Shown here: positions 23,277 to 36,834 of the stretch, piece after piece
Layout of the letters: each line of letters starts with the position of its first letter
How positions within the stretch are numbered: the stretch's first letter is position 1
Assembly: GCF_000181795.1 (NCBI RefSeq)
Contig: NW_003526945.1
Span: 1,918,971 to 1,982,970 of the forward strand
Source: Trichinella spiralis
Lineage: Eukaryota
Direction of reading: 5' to 3'
DNA: 64,000 nt
Program-made: the position numbers and the translations under genes
The notes under the pieces: generated by a model
The model's input: the letters and a program-made list of their open reading frames with translations, nothing else
The model's database searches: none
What the model was told of the DNA's origin: nothing

Positions 23277-24797
23277 ATGGAAAAAAATGTAAGATATTCA
23301 AACTATCACAGGTAATTTATAACATTACACTTAAATTTGTTATTCTAATGTAGACAGCAGAAAGTGTCGATGAATTGAACAAAAAGTCGATGAATCAAAT
23401 GGCTGGCGCCGACATGAAGCATCAGACTAATAAAGGTAAATCGAAAAATAAAACCATGTTGGGAGGCAGTTCAAATATACAAATGGAAAGTTTCATACTA
23501 CAGAAACGTTTTTGAATAACCTTCTTTGCTGGTTTTAGGTAGTGAAATTGAAGAAAATGATTATGATGCGCAGGGCGCATTGAAGGAGGTTTTGCCGAAT
23601 GAAGAACAAAACTTTGATAAGGAAGAAGGTATTGAAGAAGCGTCGTTGATCATAGCGGTTGATGTAGATTCGAAAAATATTAACGAATCAGATACAGTTT
23701 CAGGTGAACAGAGACATGTGGAAATGGCAAATTCGATCGAAGAATCTGCTTCTCTACAGGGGTCGTCGATCACTGCAGACGGCATGAGTTCCACAAGTGA
23801 CGTAGACTCTAACAGTAATTCAGGGGATGTTGGAATTGTGGAAAATGAACATTTGGACAGGGAGAAACGTCTTGGGCCGTTAAAGTTCGTTGACGAAGAC
23901 AGTGAAAGTTTGAAAGGAGAGGAAGTGAGGAAAGCTTCGCAAGAAGTTGCAATTATTGAAGCAGAAGAAGTTTTCGAAAAAGCATCTTGGAGCATTGATA
24001 TTAGTGAAAATTCGACTTCTGATATAAAGGTCTCAAATAGTATAAATACAATTGAAATATTCGAACATAAACAGTTCGATAATGAACGATTTCTGAAGCC
24101 ATTAATGCCGGACGATGACTTCAGTCAAAGAAGTTCCTATGACTCGAATTTCATACACCAGCATTCAAATTATTCGAGTACATTTTCCAGCAGTTTAGCA
24201 TCATGCGATATATTCGCGTCGGTCAGTTCATCAATTGAGGATTCAGTGATCGAGGATAGTGTTCCGACATATTCACAAAATTTTGGAATTTCAATATGTG
24301 AATATTTGAGCGGTAACAGTCAAATCAGGGAAAATTCGTTCCTCGATTTTGGAAGTCAAACTGCAGAAAGCAGTGAAGATGCGACTACCGCTTCAGAGTG
24401 GATTCTAATTGAAGAAAAAGCTTCAGAAGGTGATGAAGATGGCAAGCATGATTCTACAGATGTTCGAACGGTTGAAGCGCAATATGTTCAAGAAATGAAA
24501 GTTTCTGAAGAGGCGACAACAATGATTGCAAATTGCCAAAATGAGAAAAGTGCCAAAAAAGCGAACGCGGCTTCAGAGAAACTTGGGATTGCTGAAGAAA
24601 ATGCTTCTGACAATCAAAATGTACTTGTTAGAAATACGTGGCTTAGAAGCATTATGTTGAGCTTTGTGATCGACTATGCATTTGTGGTGTTTATTTTTTT
24701 CCTCTGTCCCCGTATTATGAATGGCTGGTCTTTTTTTCTTATGTTATACATGAACACATTATTATGGTTGAACGAAGACTTGCATTTTCAGAAATAG
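23277..24797 (+). CDS. Orphan acidic protein family, copy 2 (3 exons)
   Basis: Same exon structure as copy 1; 423-codon ORF ending in two hydrophobic stretches and LHFQK*. Confidence 0.78.
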
Positions 24798-25403
24798 TGC
24801 TATTCTCTCAATGTTACTGAATTTGAACTAATCGCCGATTAGTTCAATGATCAATCATCATTTTTATATTTTCGTAAAATTAATATTCATTTGAAATATA
24901 CTGTATTTTTGAACTTGATTAATTTTGTTCCATTTCATTTTGTAAATTTTTCACTCATTGTTATCTGAATTGATTTTCATTATACCATTGTTATATACTC
25001 ATTTTTAATTTATACATGAATATATTTTTTAAGAAACAAATGATAGAGTAGAATTTCAATTTAGTTTGGATTTTCTATTAATTATCTGTACCAAATTAAA
25101 GTTGATATAATTATGATTGTATAATAAATAAATTCACATTAAGCGTTGTCGTTTGTCAGCAGTGCACCGTGGGAAACAATAGAAAGTTTTTCCACTTTAG
25201 TATATTATTTATATCTAAACTGAAGTAGAATATGATGCAATTGATTTTCACTGATAGAAAATGAAACAGATAAGAATAGCAGGTTGCACTAATAGCAATT
25301 TATTATGATTTCTTTTTGATTTCGTTTAAGAAAACACGCTTAAATGTTGCTTTCTTTTTGTGAAGTTCTGTACAATGTGTTTACCAATAAATAATAAGAC
25401 ACA

Positions 25404-28400
25404 TCACCTGCCTTGAGATGTAACAGAGCTTCCAGGGCCTCGGCTCAGTCTACTGGTTCCGTTCAAAGTATAGTAATTGTGCGGATCGTTCGGATAGGTT
25501 ACGTAAGGCTTCGATTTTGAGTCATTATGCTGATAACGATTGTTGTTTGGAGTTCTGGATTGTAATGCGCCGTCGACGGCTCTGTTCCCATAGATACGGT
25601 TCCGCCATTCGCCGTAAGTAGTTGTATTTTTCGATTTATTCTGTTCTGCTGCCGTTGCACCAAACCCATCAGTACGAGCCGTTGTCGGTCTCGGTGGAGT
25701 TGGTGTTTTGTCGTGCGCTGTAACCGTGCTTGTATTGGAGTACTGATAGTGATGGTAGTATGGATACAAAGGAGCGCCCATCGGATATGTTGGTGCGTAG
25801 TTGTAATTAACGTAGTGTTTCGCATTTTCACCTGACATCTGTGGAGGGTACTGAAACAATTGGATGTTAAATTTTGTATTTTTCATAAGTACTTTTTTAA
25901 AATCATCGTCATTCCATACAGATCTTACCATGACTTTCTTCTTTCGTGTTCCCATACGCCACAATATGTAAATAGTGAATATTATTGCTGCCAGAACGAT
26001 CAATGATACAACCGCAATAATAATGTAGTTTCGAATTTCTTCTGCTGTTGGAGATTGATCCACTAAAATAAAAACGGAAACAATTATACAATTCTGAACA
26101 TTTCACATTACAATGCTTAACGTGTTGCAATTTCGACACTGTTCTGATCAATCTGAAAATTTTCTACTGGTCCTCTTCTCGCTGCTGGTAAGATTGTATC
26201 ATACAGTTCATCTGTTGTAAGATGTCCATCTGATGTTAAAATCATGTCCACTTTGGAATCGCTGGTAAATGCAAAATATACATTATCCTGCCTATGTTCA
26301 ATGGAAAAATAGTGTACCTTAAGCTTGACAAATGCACGTCAATATTTTCATCAAATTTCTTTCGGAAAACGCTGGCAATCTGAAATTATTGCTATTAACT
26401 TTCATTGAAATTATTATTTTACAGCTTACCGCGTTCTCTAAATGAAGCAAAAGTTGCCGGTTCTGCTGTTCGTTTTTGCCAATCATTTCTTGAGTGAAAT
26501 TATGATTCAAAACAGTAAAACGAAGTCGATATCGAGTTTGCTTTGACGTACTCAATGGTGCTTAATAAACAGTACAATCCTCGTGTGAAACGTGTTTCAG
26601 AAAGAAGTTTCGTTATTATTCAAATTTTACCATTGAATTCTGGTTGCTTTTTTTGAATTATCGTTCCATCTGAATGACAATGGCCCAAGCAAATTTGCGT
26701 CGCGGATCTTTCAGGAACATTTTGATGCATTTTCATACTTCCGTCGTCGTTGATTTCTCCACCATCGTAGGGGTACAAAAAGTAGACACACTTTTCCAAG
26801 CTGATGTCTTTTGACATGTCGTCAGTTGTTAAAGCACGGAAAAAACGTGCTCTCAGTATTCCGTTATTGTAGGTGTAGTCAATGTCAAAAATATTCTGAT
26901 TTTCATCAACCGTAGGCTCGCTGTAATCAGAAATAAAACGATCGGTAATTTCGATTTTTCCATCATCCAACACTGATATGATTACTGCATCACTTCCAGC
27001 CTAAACATTTCAGTTCGAATGGAACTATTATTAACTTCGCAAGTAAACACTACTTCAAGAATTGATATTAATTATTATTTCAAATTGGAAAACGATCAGA
27101 AAATTTCAAATTCGTCTACGATTAAAATTACTGTTTACCATTTTTCCATTTTCAGAAAAACCTATTCCAGTCCAATGATTACGGGCAATTTTTACTTTGA
27201 ATGTAAATTGCACTTTCGGACCTGTTCGCTCCCATTGCACTTCATATTTACACGGTGCTGTCTCACCGCACGCCTTTGGATAAGTGAATTGCCCACCGCA
27301 AATCGACTGCTGGTCATAAGATGGCTTTTCAAAAAAGTTTATCGACATAATGCCACTTTGGTATGTATTTGGTTGATACAATTCGTGATGTTTGTAAAGC
27401 GATGCACTGTCCATATAATAATTGACATCCGCATCCGCAGCTGCTGGCTTAATCGTCCCTTTTGCCCAAAGCAAAGTCACCCGCTCATCTCGAACAGGAG
27501 CCATAACATTGCTCGGAGAACTTAGTCTACGTCGAACAATGATAGTAGTTTGTGCATCGTTTTCATATCCAATGGCGGATCGAATTATTTGATCAGTACG
27601 AGTTTCATTTTGCAATCCCTTCACTACTGCCTTGATATGACACTGATCATTGATAACAGAACCAATAATCACATCTGAGCATCCCAAATACATCGGTGCT
27701 TGTGTATCTGTAAAAATTACCATTATAAAGTATTCATTCGTCTCATTTCGAAATGAAACGTTTCATCAAATGAACACATTACTTCTTCAGCAAAAAAAAG
27801 AATAACTGTTTTCAAATCATTCATACCTTGACGTTTATGACGAAAAGATGATGACGGAGGGCCTAAAAATTAACAATAAAAGTTCAACTACAATATGCAA
27901 CTGCAATTGTAATTGTAATACCAGTGCAAATACAAATAGGTTCAGAAGAGATCTGTGGAGAAAGTTTGTCGTGATATCCAATTGCTGCGCTTGGATTGAG
28001 GCGATCGACATCATTTGCTGCATTAATGCTTCCTCCACCGACTGGAAACAAGAAATACAAACATTCTGTAAGAGGCAAATCTTCTCGATAGTCAGTGGTT
28101 GTTCTGTTTCGAGTAAACGTAATTGTTTGAACATCTCCATCAATCCTGCCTTCTACATCATAAATGTCCTGTTCTTTGTCAATGGCTGGCTGATGCTTGC
28201 CGTACGCAAATCGATCTGTTACAACACCCATACCATCATGCACCCATCCCATAATAATGTCGCTGTTGAGCTAAATTTAATTCCTTAAATGGAGTGAGAT
28301 TATTTTTGAACGTACCATTGAACCAGTTCTAGAAAAACCGATTCCAGTCCATCTGTCCAAATTTTTCGAGCTAATCTGAAATGTGACGCTGTCATCGTCA

Positions 28401-30079
28401 GAGTTGTATTTCCACTTTGCCATGTATTCACAGTCGTTGTTTGTACAGTCAGACGGATATTTGTATTCAGTTTGACAATTTTCTGAAATGATCATTTCAA
28501 AAGGATAAACTTTTCCAAACGTCACAACTTCTGATTCATGATTTTCAACTTATAATATTGCATAGTTTAAATAATTGTTTCACCCCTGATTTTCACTGAT
28601 AAAAATATTTCAAAGATTCAGTTGTTTTTTTTTCAATATCTTCTTACATCTTGCACTCCCTTACTTTATACATTTAGTTCATTTTAAATAGTTATTTATA
28701 AGTGAAATTTACTAGGCTATGTATTTTTAAAAAGTTTCATATTAAATTTTGTGCTAAAGATGCCAAATATGCATACTGTGATTTGTTATAGTATGACAAC
28801 TTTTCACGCAGACTTTCTTTCCTGAGAATTTGATAATAGAAGCCAGTTGAGAAATGCTTCCATCTCGGTCAAGTTTACCACCTTCGACAGGAAATACCAT
28901 GTAAAAACACTCATTATCAGTGAATTGAACGTCATTTAGAAAGTCCAACGTGGTCCGTGGTCTGCTAAAGGATGCTCGTAAAATTCCATCTTCGTGGGAT
29001 CCAAGTTCTCCGGCGACAATAACATTTTGTACAGAATCAGGAATCAACTCTTCCAGTCTTCCGTGCATGTCATGCACAGTCAATGAGCCATCTACACTTT
29101 TCACCATGATCATGTCCACATTATCCTGAATGTGAGATAAAAGGATAGCATTAATTTTGTCCAACTTCATCCAAGCATAAACAACTCTGTACCGCTCTTT
29201 GTTCGGAAGAAAATCCAATCCCCGTCCAAGAATTTGGTGTCAGTTTCGCTTCAATAGAAAATTCAATTAAGTCAGACTCTTCTGCATAACTCCACGATGC
29301 ACGATAAGTGCAATCAGTGGTACATGCTGATGGCCAGTGCATTTCACCGTAGCAATGTTCACTGGAGATGGTTGCTGAAAAGAAAAACTCCATCAAAGCA
29401 GAACAATTAATTCATAATTTTACTCGATTGAAAAGCATTCGTTTCCAGAGGCAATTCCACCGATATGGTCATGTCAGTGATAAAATTATTCGGTGATGGG
29501 CCAGCAGTGACTAATTTCGGCAATTCTGTTTCGAGTACTTTTCCAGAAAACACATCTAAATTTCTTCTACCTTCAGCTGTGATTATAAATTTCGAAATGC
29601 AATGTCAGCAGCAAATAAAAGCATTTTATGTTTATTATTTACCATTTTTGGAAATATACAAGCACTAGTTAATTACTAATTGATGCTATTGAACCAACAT
29701 TCACTTATTAAGCTAACATTAAAAGATTTAGATGCTAAATATGATGATGACCGTTTTTTTAAAATAAAAGAATCAAAGTTGTGCAAAGTTATAAAACTTA
29801 CCTTTACGTGAAAATTAAGAAAAAAATCTATGCAACATAAAGCATATGTAGAATGAAGCAGAATGCAAAGAAGCAAAGCAACTACAGACGCTACTTTTAT
29901 TTACCTGAAACGGCATCGGCGTTTGAACTTGCCATTTTGCCTTCAACTGGTACTACGTTTCCTGACTTGATTTGCCCGCTTTCGTCAACCGTTTTGAATT
30001 CTTCGTAGTGATTTACTTCAGGAGGACAACGTTCTATCTCATCTTGTCAGTAAAATATACATATCAATGTTCAAATGGA

Positions 30080-30111
<32 letters not shown>

Positions 30112-33100
30112 ACGGCTCTTTACCATCCGGCTTCCAACCAACAGCAATCCAACTTCTTCCAGGATAGCGGATCACTATTTCAATTTCATTTTGTTCCTAG
30201 AAAATAAAATTACCATACATCAATTTTCACTGGATCAACAAATCAAACCTCCAATATTCGCCAGTAAAATTTACTGTCCTTTGCAAATGTTCTCTCTCGA
30301 TAAAGGTTTGGATTTTTCATACTCAATTTAGCATCGCTCGAGTCTTGAAAAGCAACAAAAAAAATAATAATAATAATTTTGAAACAGTTTGAAAATAATT
30401 TTCCATACGCAAGTTGCATCTAGAACCGAACCAACCGGGATTGCAAAAGCACAAACTTTTGGGAAAAACGTTTTTTTCCAATCTTATGCACTGACCATTG
30501 CCACCACAATCTTCATCATTCCAACAATCATCTGCATTTCAAAGAGTGTATAATTTGAATTATTATTGAAATATTGTTGTCTTCAATTTTACCTTTTCTT
30601 AAATATTACAATAACAAACAATTCACTTGTATTTTATTAATATATTAATTATAATTTAGTAAATTGAATAACATATTTCATACGAACCTCTAAATTGGCA
30701 ATACTGTCCATAGTAAAGGCGCTCACAACGACATTTACCATCAATCAGCTTACCGCGTGATGAGCAAGGTTGGACGTCAGCTGAAGGTAAATTTCTAATG
30801 AATCAACTTCAGCAAAAACAACAAAAATAATCCATTACAAGGAAAACCTACTTTTTTTAACCTGCACATCTGAACAAGAGGATTCGAATTTTTGATTTGA
30901 CGTGTAACCAAAAATACGCAAAAAGCAACTGATACAAGTCACGCTGTTCGGTATGAAAAGTTCAACGATATGCAATCTGGAACGACCAATAATGTGATGA
31001 ATAGAAATTTCAAAAGTCACCAGTTTATTTCAGAAACTTACAAAATTCCATGCTGTTCCTTGGTTCTAGCATTGAATGTATCGAATGTATACGTTGTCTG
31101 GTGGTCGTGATCCACCAGTTCAAAAGTGATGTTCTCCTGTAGGGAAAGTAAATGAAGAAAAAGAAAATCAAGTTGCATTACTAACGAACCACATGATTTC
31201 CGTCCCCAATCCATGTTATTGTCAAAGGTGATCCTGCTTCGACATCAGTAACAAAATCTATAAATATGTTCAATAAAAATATCAATTTACAATAAAATGA
31301 TTTCAACATAAACTCCAACTTATACACAATGTCAACTTGGAAAATTATGCAAAAAAACATACATGGATAATAATTGATAAGTTGATATTACATTGTCATT
31401 ATGGATTATTTACAATTACAAAAGAAATTATGATGGTGTTGATCAATTTCATAAATGATCATGGAAGAAAAAATTTTTTCCAATTCATGACAGCTAAAAC
31501 TGTCGTAATTGTATAAATGTTACATGTCAGGGTTGCAATTGAAAATTTCAGCTTTTTCGCATTGATGAAATTGAAAATATACGGCATACAGAAGCCGAGA
31601 GAGAAAAGGAGAGGGGATTTCAGAGAAATTTTGACAAAAGTGCAAAAGTACATGTACAACAGCTGCTAAACTGCTTTGTGTATTGCTCAGGCCAAGGACA
31701 CTGGCAACTGTTGCAACCTTGAATGGCATCAACACGACATTAATCACTTCAAAGTTTATACTAATTTTTTTAACAGTTCCACTTTTCGTGCAATTTACAC
31801 TTAGAAAATTGAACACTCTCACCACATGCAACGGTTCTTTGAAAAAATGAATCAAATGTCAAAATATCACAAATGAATAATAAATAAGATTGAATGGACG
31901 CTTGGATTTTTTGTATCATACAAATTGAACAACTTTTCCAATTGTGCAAATGTGTTCCATGTGATAAAAATAGAAACATGCGAAACAAGAGAACACAAGA
32001 GAAAGTTGCTGCAAATAGTAGTCTCTCCACAGACAGAACAACAGCTAGTCAAGACCGTTGACCACACGACCCCGCAACCAGTAAACTTTAATTACGACCA
32101 TTACAATCACCGTGGAGCCAGTAGAAAATTTGCATAGAGTGAAAATCGATAACAAAAGTAGAAATGACAATGCGATTGGAAATTAGCGAAAATTGCTTCA
32201 ATTAGCAACAAAAAGTGGAAAATCAAATGCCCATCATCATCATCATCATCATCATCATCATTGGCTGCTGTTTACTTTGGCGTAAAATATTTCAAACAAC
32301 ATTTCTCATTACATTTGCAATTACAGTATGAAAAATAATGATAATGGACAAATTGAAAATTGCCTGTGTGAAAAAGAAAATGTGCAATTTTATTATTTGT
32401 TTCACGCTTCATGATGAAAAAAGAAACAAATTATCGATGAAGCCGAATAGCAATGGTTTAACTTGTTTATGAAAAACTAGTTGCAAGGAATTTCTCCAAT
32501 TTGAAAAACAACAACACACCTTCTGCTCGGGAAATGGTAATTTCAACATGATTCACTTCAGGCATTATTTTGCAAGCGATGCACATTTATCATCTCTCCA
32601 TGCATATTCCAGCCAATCTCTCTCTTTCTCTTTTTTTCTACAGTAATTTAAATGTGCACCTCCCCACCCTCCGCGCCATTCATCCATCTTCCATCTAACT
32701 ATTGGGTAAAATTCACAAACAAAAAACAATCTTAATATGGTTATTTGGCAAAAAAAAATTTTTGTGTCGAATGAAAAAAAATATATATAAAATTCAATTG
32801 CCAAAAATCTCAGCAATCATGAATTACATTAAAATTATTTTTAGTAAAAATTTGCATATTGGTCCACTTCTGCCGGATTAGTTGAAATGAAGTTTGCAAA
32901 AGTTTGCAAGAGAGAGAGAGAGAGAGGTCATCGTCCGTTTCAAGTGGACGCATTCAAATTTTCCCATCCAATCCATCAAACGGTAATATGAATTTCCGTT
33001 TCATTTCTCAGGTCAATTTTGAGACTGCCAGTCAATCACTATTTACCAAGATGGGTACTTTTGAAATTTCACTGCAATTTTGTCAATTGCTTTGTTATTC

Positions 33101-33604
33101 AATTTCAATTTTGTGCAAAAGAAAAATTATCCATTCATCCATTGACGTTTGTGTAAACTAAATTTGTATAAACTTCAATTCTGACTGTAATGACGATCCC
33201 ATCTATCATGGAAATTTAATAATTTCCAAAAATAATATATCACAATCAAATGCAACCTATTAATATTATCGTTGAAATTAATAACTCTGCGCCATTGAAT
33301 GGAAAATTAATAAATAAAAGACTGAACTAGTTACTGCATCTACAGTAATAATTTGATTTGAATCTGGAAAAAATCCACTATGAATCACATTATGATAACA
33401 ATTTTTCCACATAAAATGAAAGTGAAAGAAAAAGAAAATAGATTTACCTTTTTCAAAATGAGAAAAATCACAGGATGATGATATATCGGATAATGGTGCA
33501 AAGTCGAAAAATGGAAATCGTTCCGGAGGATAGATGAGCCGAATTGAAATGCCCAAATCAGCAAAGCAAGCTAACAACAGTAAGCTGATTTTGACGATAT
33601 TCAT
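25404..33604 (-). CDS. Type I membrane protein: signal peptide, LPMO/X325-like N-terminal domain, 2 EGF, multiple DOMON domains, TM helix and cytoplasmic tail (many exons)
   Basis: MNIVKISLLLLACFA; IRLIYPPER; TCISCFLR..SSCSDV; CRCERLYYGQYCQ and CFCNPGWFGSRC (EGF); SWIAVGWKP and three WTGIGFS DOMON motifs; TM IIIAVVSLIVLAAIIFTIYILW. The junctions checked are GT-AG and in phase. Confidence 0.9.
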
Positions 33605-36600
33605 TCTTCTTGTTGTTGAATTTTTCCAAACTGTTAGCAAAGCTTCAAAGATGCAGTATTAATTTTGTAAAAACTTGCACAAACTTTCAAAATTTGACAA
33701 ACTGCTTCCATACACCTGAATCAACCGTTCTTAAGTTATCGATTCAGCGGGGCGCCAGTGTACAGGAGGTCATCTAGATTTCAACTTGAACTGCAAACTA
33801 GAATGCGACACATTTGACAACTGCCAGGAGGCTCTTACACTTATTTGGGTCATCAACATCTCCACAACATATCCAACGACGATCATATTTTATACACATT
33901 ACTTTCTCTATCTTTTTCAATTCTAATTCTTCTTCTTCTTCTTCTTGTTTTTTTTCTTTTCAATTCTTCCAACATGCTTTTCCATTATCAAATTCAATAT
34001 GCAAATTCTCAAATCAAATACCACAACTGAAATCAACATGTCATATTTAAATTTCATAAATAATATTAAATCAATTAAGTAATAATTAAAGTACAAAACA
34101 AAAATTCACCGAAATGACATTCATCTATTATGCGAATGTTGAAAATTATCTACCAACTGTTTCGTACGTTTATTCAACGAAACTGTATTCGCATGAAGAA
34201 AATAGAAAATGAATTTCATTTTCAAATATTTAAAATTATTCATTATTATTGATTTTTAAATTTCAACCGTTTTTACAACACTGACAAATGAAAAAATCTG
34301 AATAAACTGCCTCACAATAGAACTACAGTTCGAATTGTTTGATCGAGATGTATTTGCATTTTCGGAATTCTATTTTTAAGCGTCGTCAACAGTCCGCTTC
34401 ATTATTTGCACACTTTTGTACAATAAACTACGAAAATTGATGCTTTCATTTAATCTTTCACGTAGTTCAGCTGGAAATGAATATTCAACAGAGCAAAGCA
34501 ATCTACTTCACCACCAACTAATTCAATAATTGCACACTATGAATACATTAATACCTACTTTATCTGCATGGCATGATTTGCATACGGTAGTCATGTATTA
34601 TACGAAATGGACAATGGAATTGAAAATGTAGAGCTTCTAAATTCCGAAAAATACTTTTTCAAAACTTCTATACCATTTTTAATTTAATTGAAAAACATTT
34701 TAAAATTTTCCTAACAAACTAATATCATAGTGCAAATGAAGTTAAAGTTCTTTTGTTAACGTCTCATTAAGCATCGATTTTTGGTATTCTACTTTCATAC
34801 ATTTTGTAATAGCACCTATATATGCATTAAGAAAAAGAGCAATGAATAATTACATGAAACTCAGTGTAAAAACTTGTCTGAAAGGTATCGTAGGGCAGAT
34901 GATTTGGAAAATTTGAATTTCAAAAATAAATACTGAGGAATCATTGCGGAACTGAAGCAAAAGAAATTTTAAATTTCAAAACAGAGTAATGAATTTCAGA
35001 TGATGTAAACCGTTCAAAAAGTGCGCACTAATGTATATTGGGATTAAGAGAACAATTCTTGACCGCTCAAAAACATCAAAATGAAAATGAACAGTGCGCA
35101 TTTCAAACAGTGAACCAAGCGCAGATTATTTTAGCTATTCAACTATTGAACTTAGTAGAGCCGTAAATATTATTACTAGTCGACGTACATTTAATTAGAC
35201 ATTAAATAAGCGTTGAGTAATTGCAATGAAAATGCAAAAATAATTTGAGAACCACAAAATGATGACGTAGCGACGTCAGTGCAAAGCAGCAGGATGAATT
35301 AATCAGAAATGCATTGAAAAGATATGATCTAACCGATAATTAAATATTCATTATTAAACATAACAATTTAATTTCTAACCATTACGTATTGAGAAAGTTT
35401 CCTCTGTTTATGAAGTAAACATGTCTTTCATACACACGGACAGATGTATATTGAAGTAGCTGTTAAATGTTTTCTCTTATTCAGCAATGATGTTTAATTT
35501 TGTGAAAGTAAAAATCCAAATAACGAATGCAGAAAATTTTGCATTGTCAAAACTTAAATAAATAAATAAATAAATATATGTATGCATTGTTTTTCAGAAT
35601 ATAATGCCTAATTGAACTAACTAAACAAGCATCTTTTTCCATTTACTACAGTGTTTAATTTTGTCTTACTCTTTCGCAATTGAGAAAATATTTACCCCAG
35701 AACAAATATACTCACTGAAATCTTTCGTTGTTACAAAGTATTCGTGCTCTTAATCTTGACTACCGTTACAGTGATCATCATTTCAAGTCAGTTACGTTGT
35801 AATTGTCAAAAATAAATGTGCCAGAAGTGAAACTATAAAGTAAAAAGTAAAAACAATGACATTTGATATCAGTTTAATTTTACTTTCTCCTCGCTTGTGA
35901 AATAAATTTATCGTTAAGAACATCCCGAATCGAGAATTTTTCGGAAAGCACTTGCTCAGTCAAATTGCGGCTTTCATACATACCAAAACAGTGTTGTTAG
36001 AGTATACGTTTTTTATGTCAAATTCCTTTTTTGAAAATCAGGTAGCACTATTAAATAAAAATTTCATCACTAAGCAACTGATTGTTTCTTGATGTTTCAC
36101 ATAGAAAATAGATTATAAAGGGAAAATAATTAATTTATTATACATAACGCATAAATAAAAATGCATTATTTTACATTTGATTTACTGTAATTTAAAAAAA
36201 AGCATCAATCTGACAAAAGTTGTTATAGAATTTATTAATTTATGCAAGTAATGTTAATAATACCATAAATTATGTTTCAAATATTTTCATTTTGTCATTA
36301 TAAGACAGATTACAATGACACAGTTTTACAAAGAATCGTGATGCAAATAAAATTGAAAATTTTCAACGTATAAAATACCTTGTTAAATTATATAACACCA
36401 ATTTACAACTCTCTTTCAAAAATTATCATAGTAAGAGTTTGTACTCATCCCGTAGGCTGTATTTAAAATCGTATAATTTCTATGGAATGCAAAAATTACC
36501 AATGTGTTTAAAATGCAAAAAAAAATTTTTTAATTAAAAATAAACATCTTCTTAATTTTTTATATTAATTTTATTTGTTATTTTATCTCTTAAGCCACAT

Positions 36601-36704
36601 TTTTCAATACGTTCTTGTGGTAGATTGACATTAATAAAATCTACCTGACTATCATTATTTTCCTTATTAAACCGTGGCGTCGGCGTTTATTCAGTCAGTG
36701 AGAG

Positions 36705-36787
36705 TTGTTTGGTCGTGCTGAATGGCTTGGTGCTTGTTTGTTTTGGCAAACCGGATTCGGATCAATTCAGCACGTTTAATTGAAACA
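36705..36787 (+). ncRNA. Candidate pre-miRNA hairpin (novel seed)
   Basis: CGTGCTGAAT/ATTCAGCACG perfect 10-bp stem, G-U-rich middle, GTTTGT/GCAAAC apical stem; ~62 nt; lies next to two miR-51-type hairpins. Confidence 0.45.
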
Positions 36788-36834
36788 TTTATACGTCGTT
36801 TACGTCCCTTGAATTGGCTTCTTCACTGACGTTG

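Larger units (their letters stand above)
20216..25466 (+). repeat. Tandem duplication of a ~2.5 kb gene-containing unit (5' offset 2518 bp)
   Basis: 20216-21310 matches 22734-23830 and 22060-22733 matches 24785-25466, near identical by eye. Identical spurious ORFs at 20382 and 22900. Confidence 0.95.

Noticed and set aside
23561..23995. Antisense 144-aa ORFs repeated at 23561, 56280 and 58789, and 66-aa ORFs at 20382 and 22900
   Set aside because: Shadows of the duplicated unit; recurrence reflects DNA duplication, not coding constraint
35421..35432. Reverse-strand TGAAAGACATG resembling the 5' half of miR-71
   Set aside because: 3' half does not match and only a tiny palindrome forms
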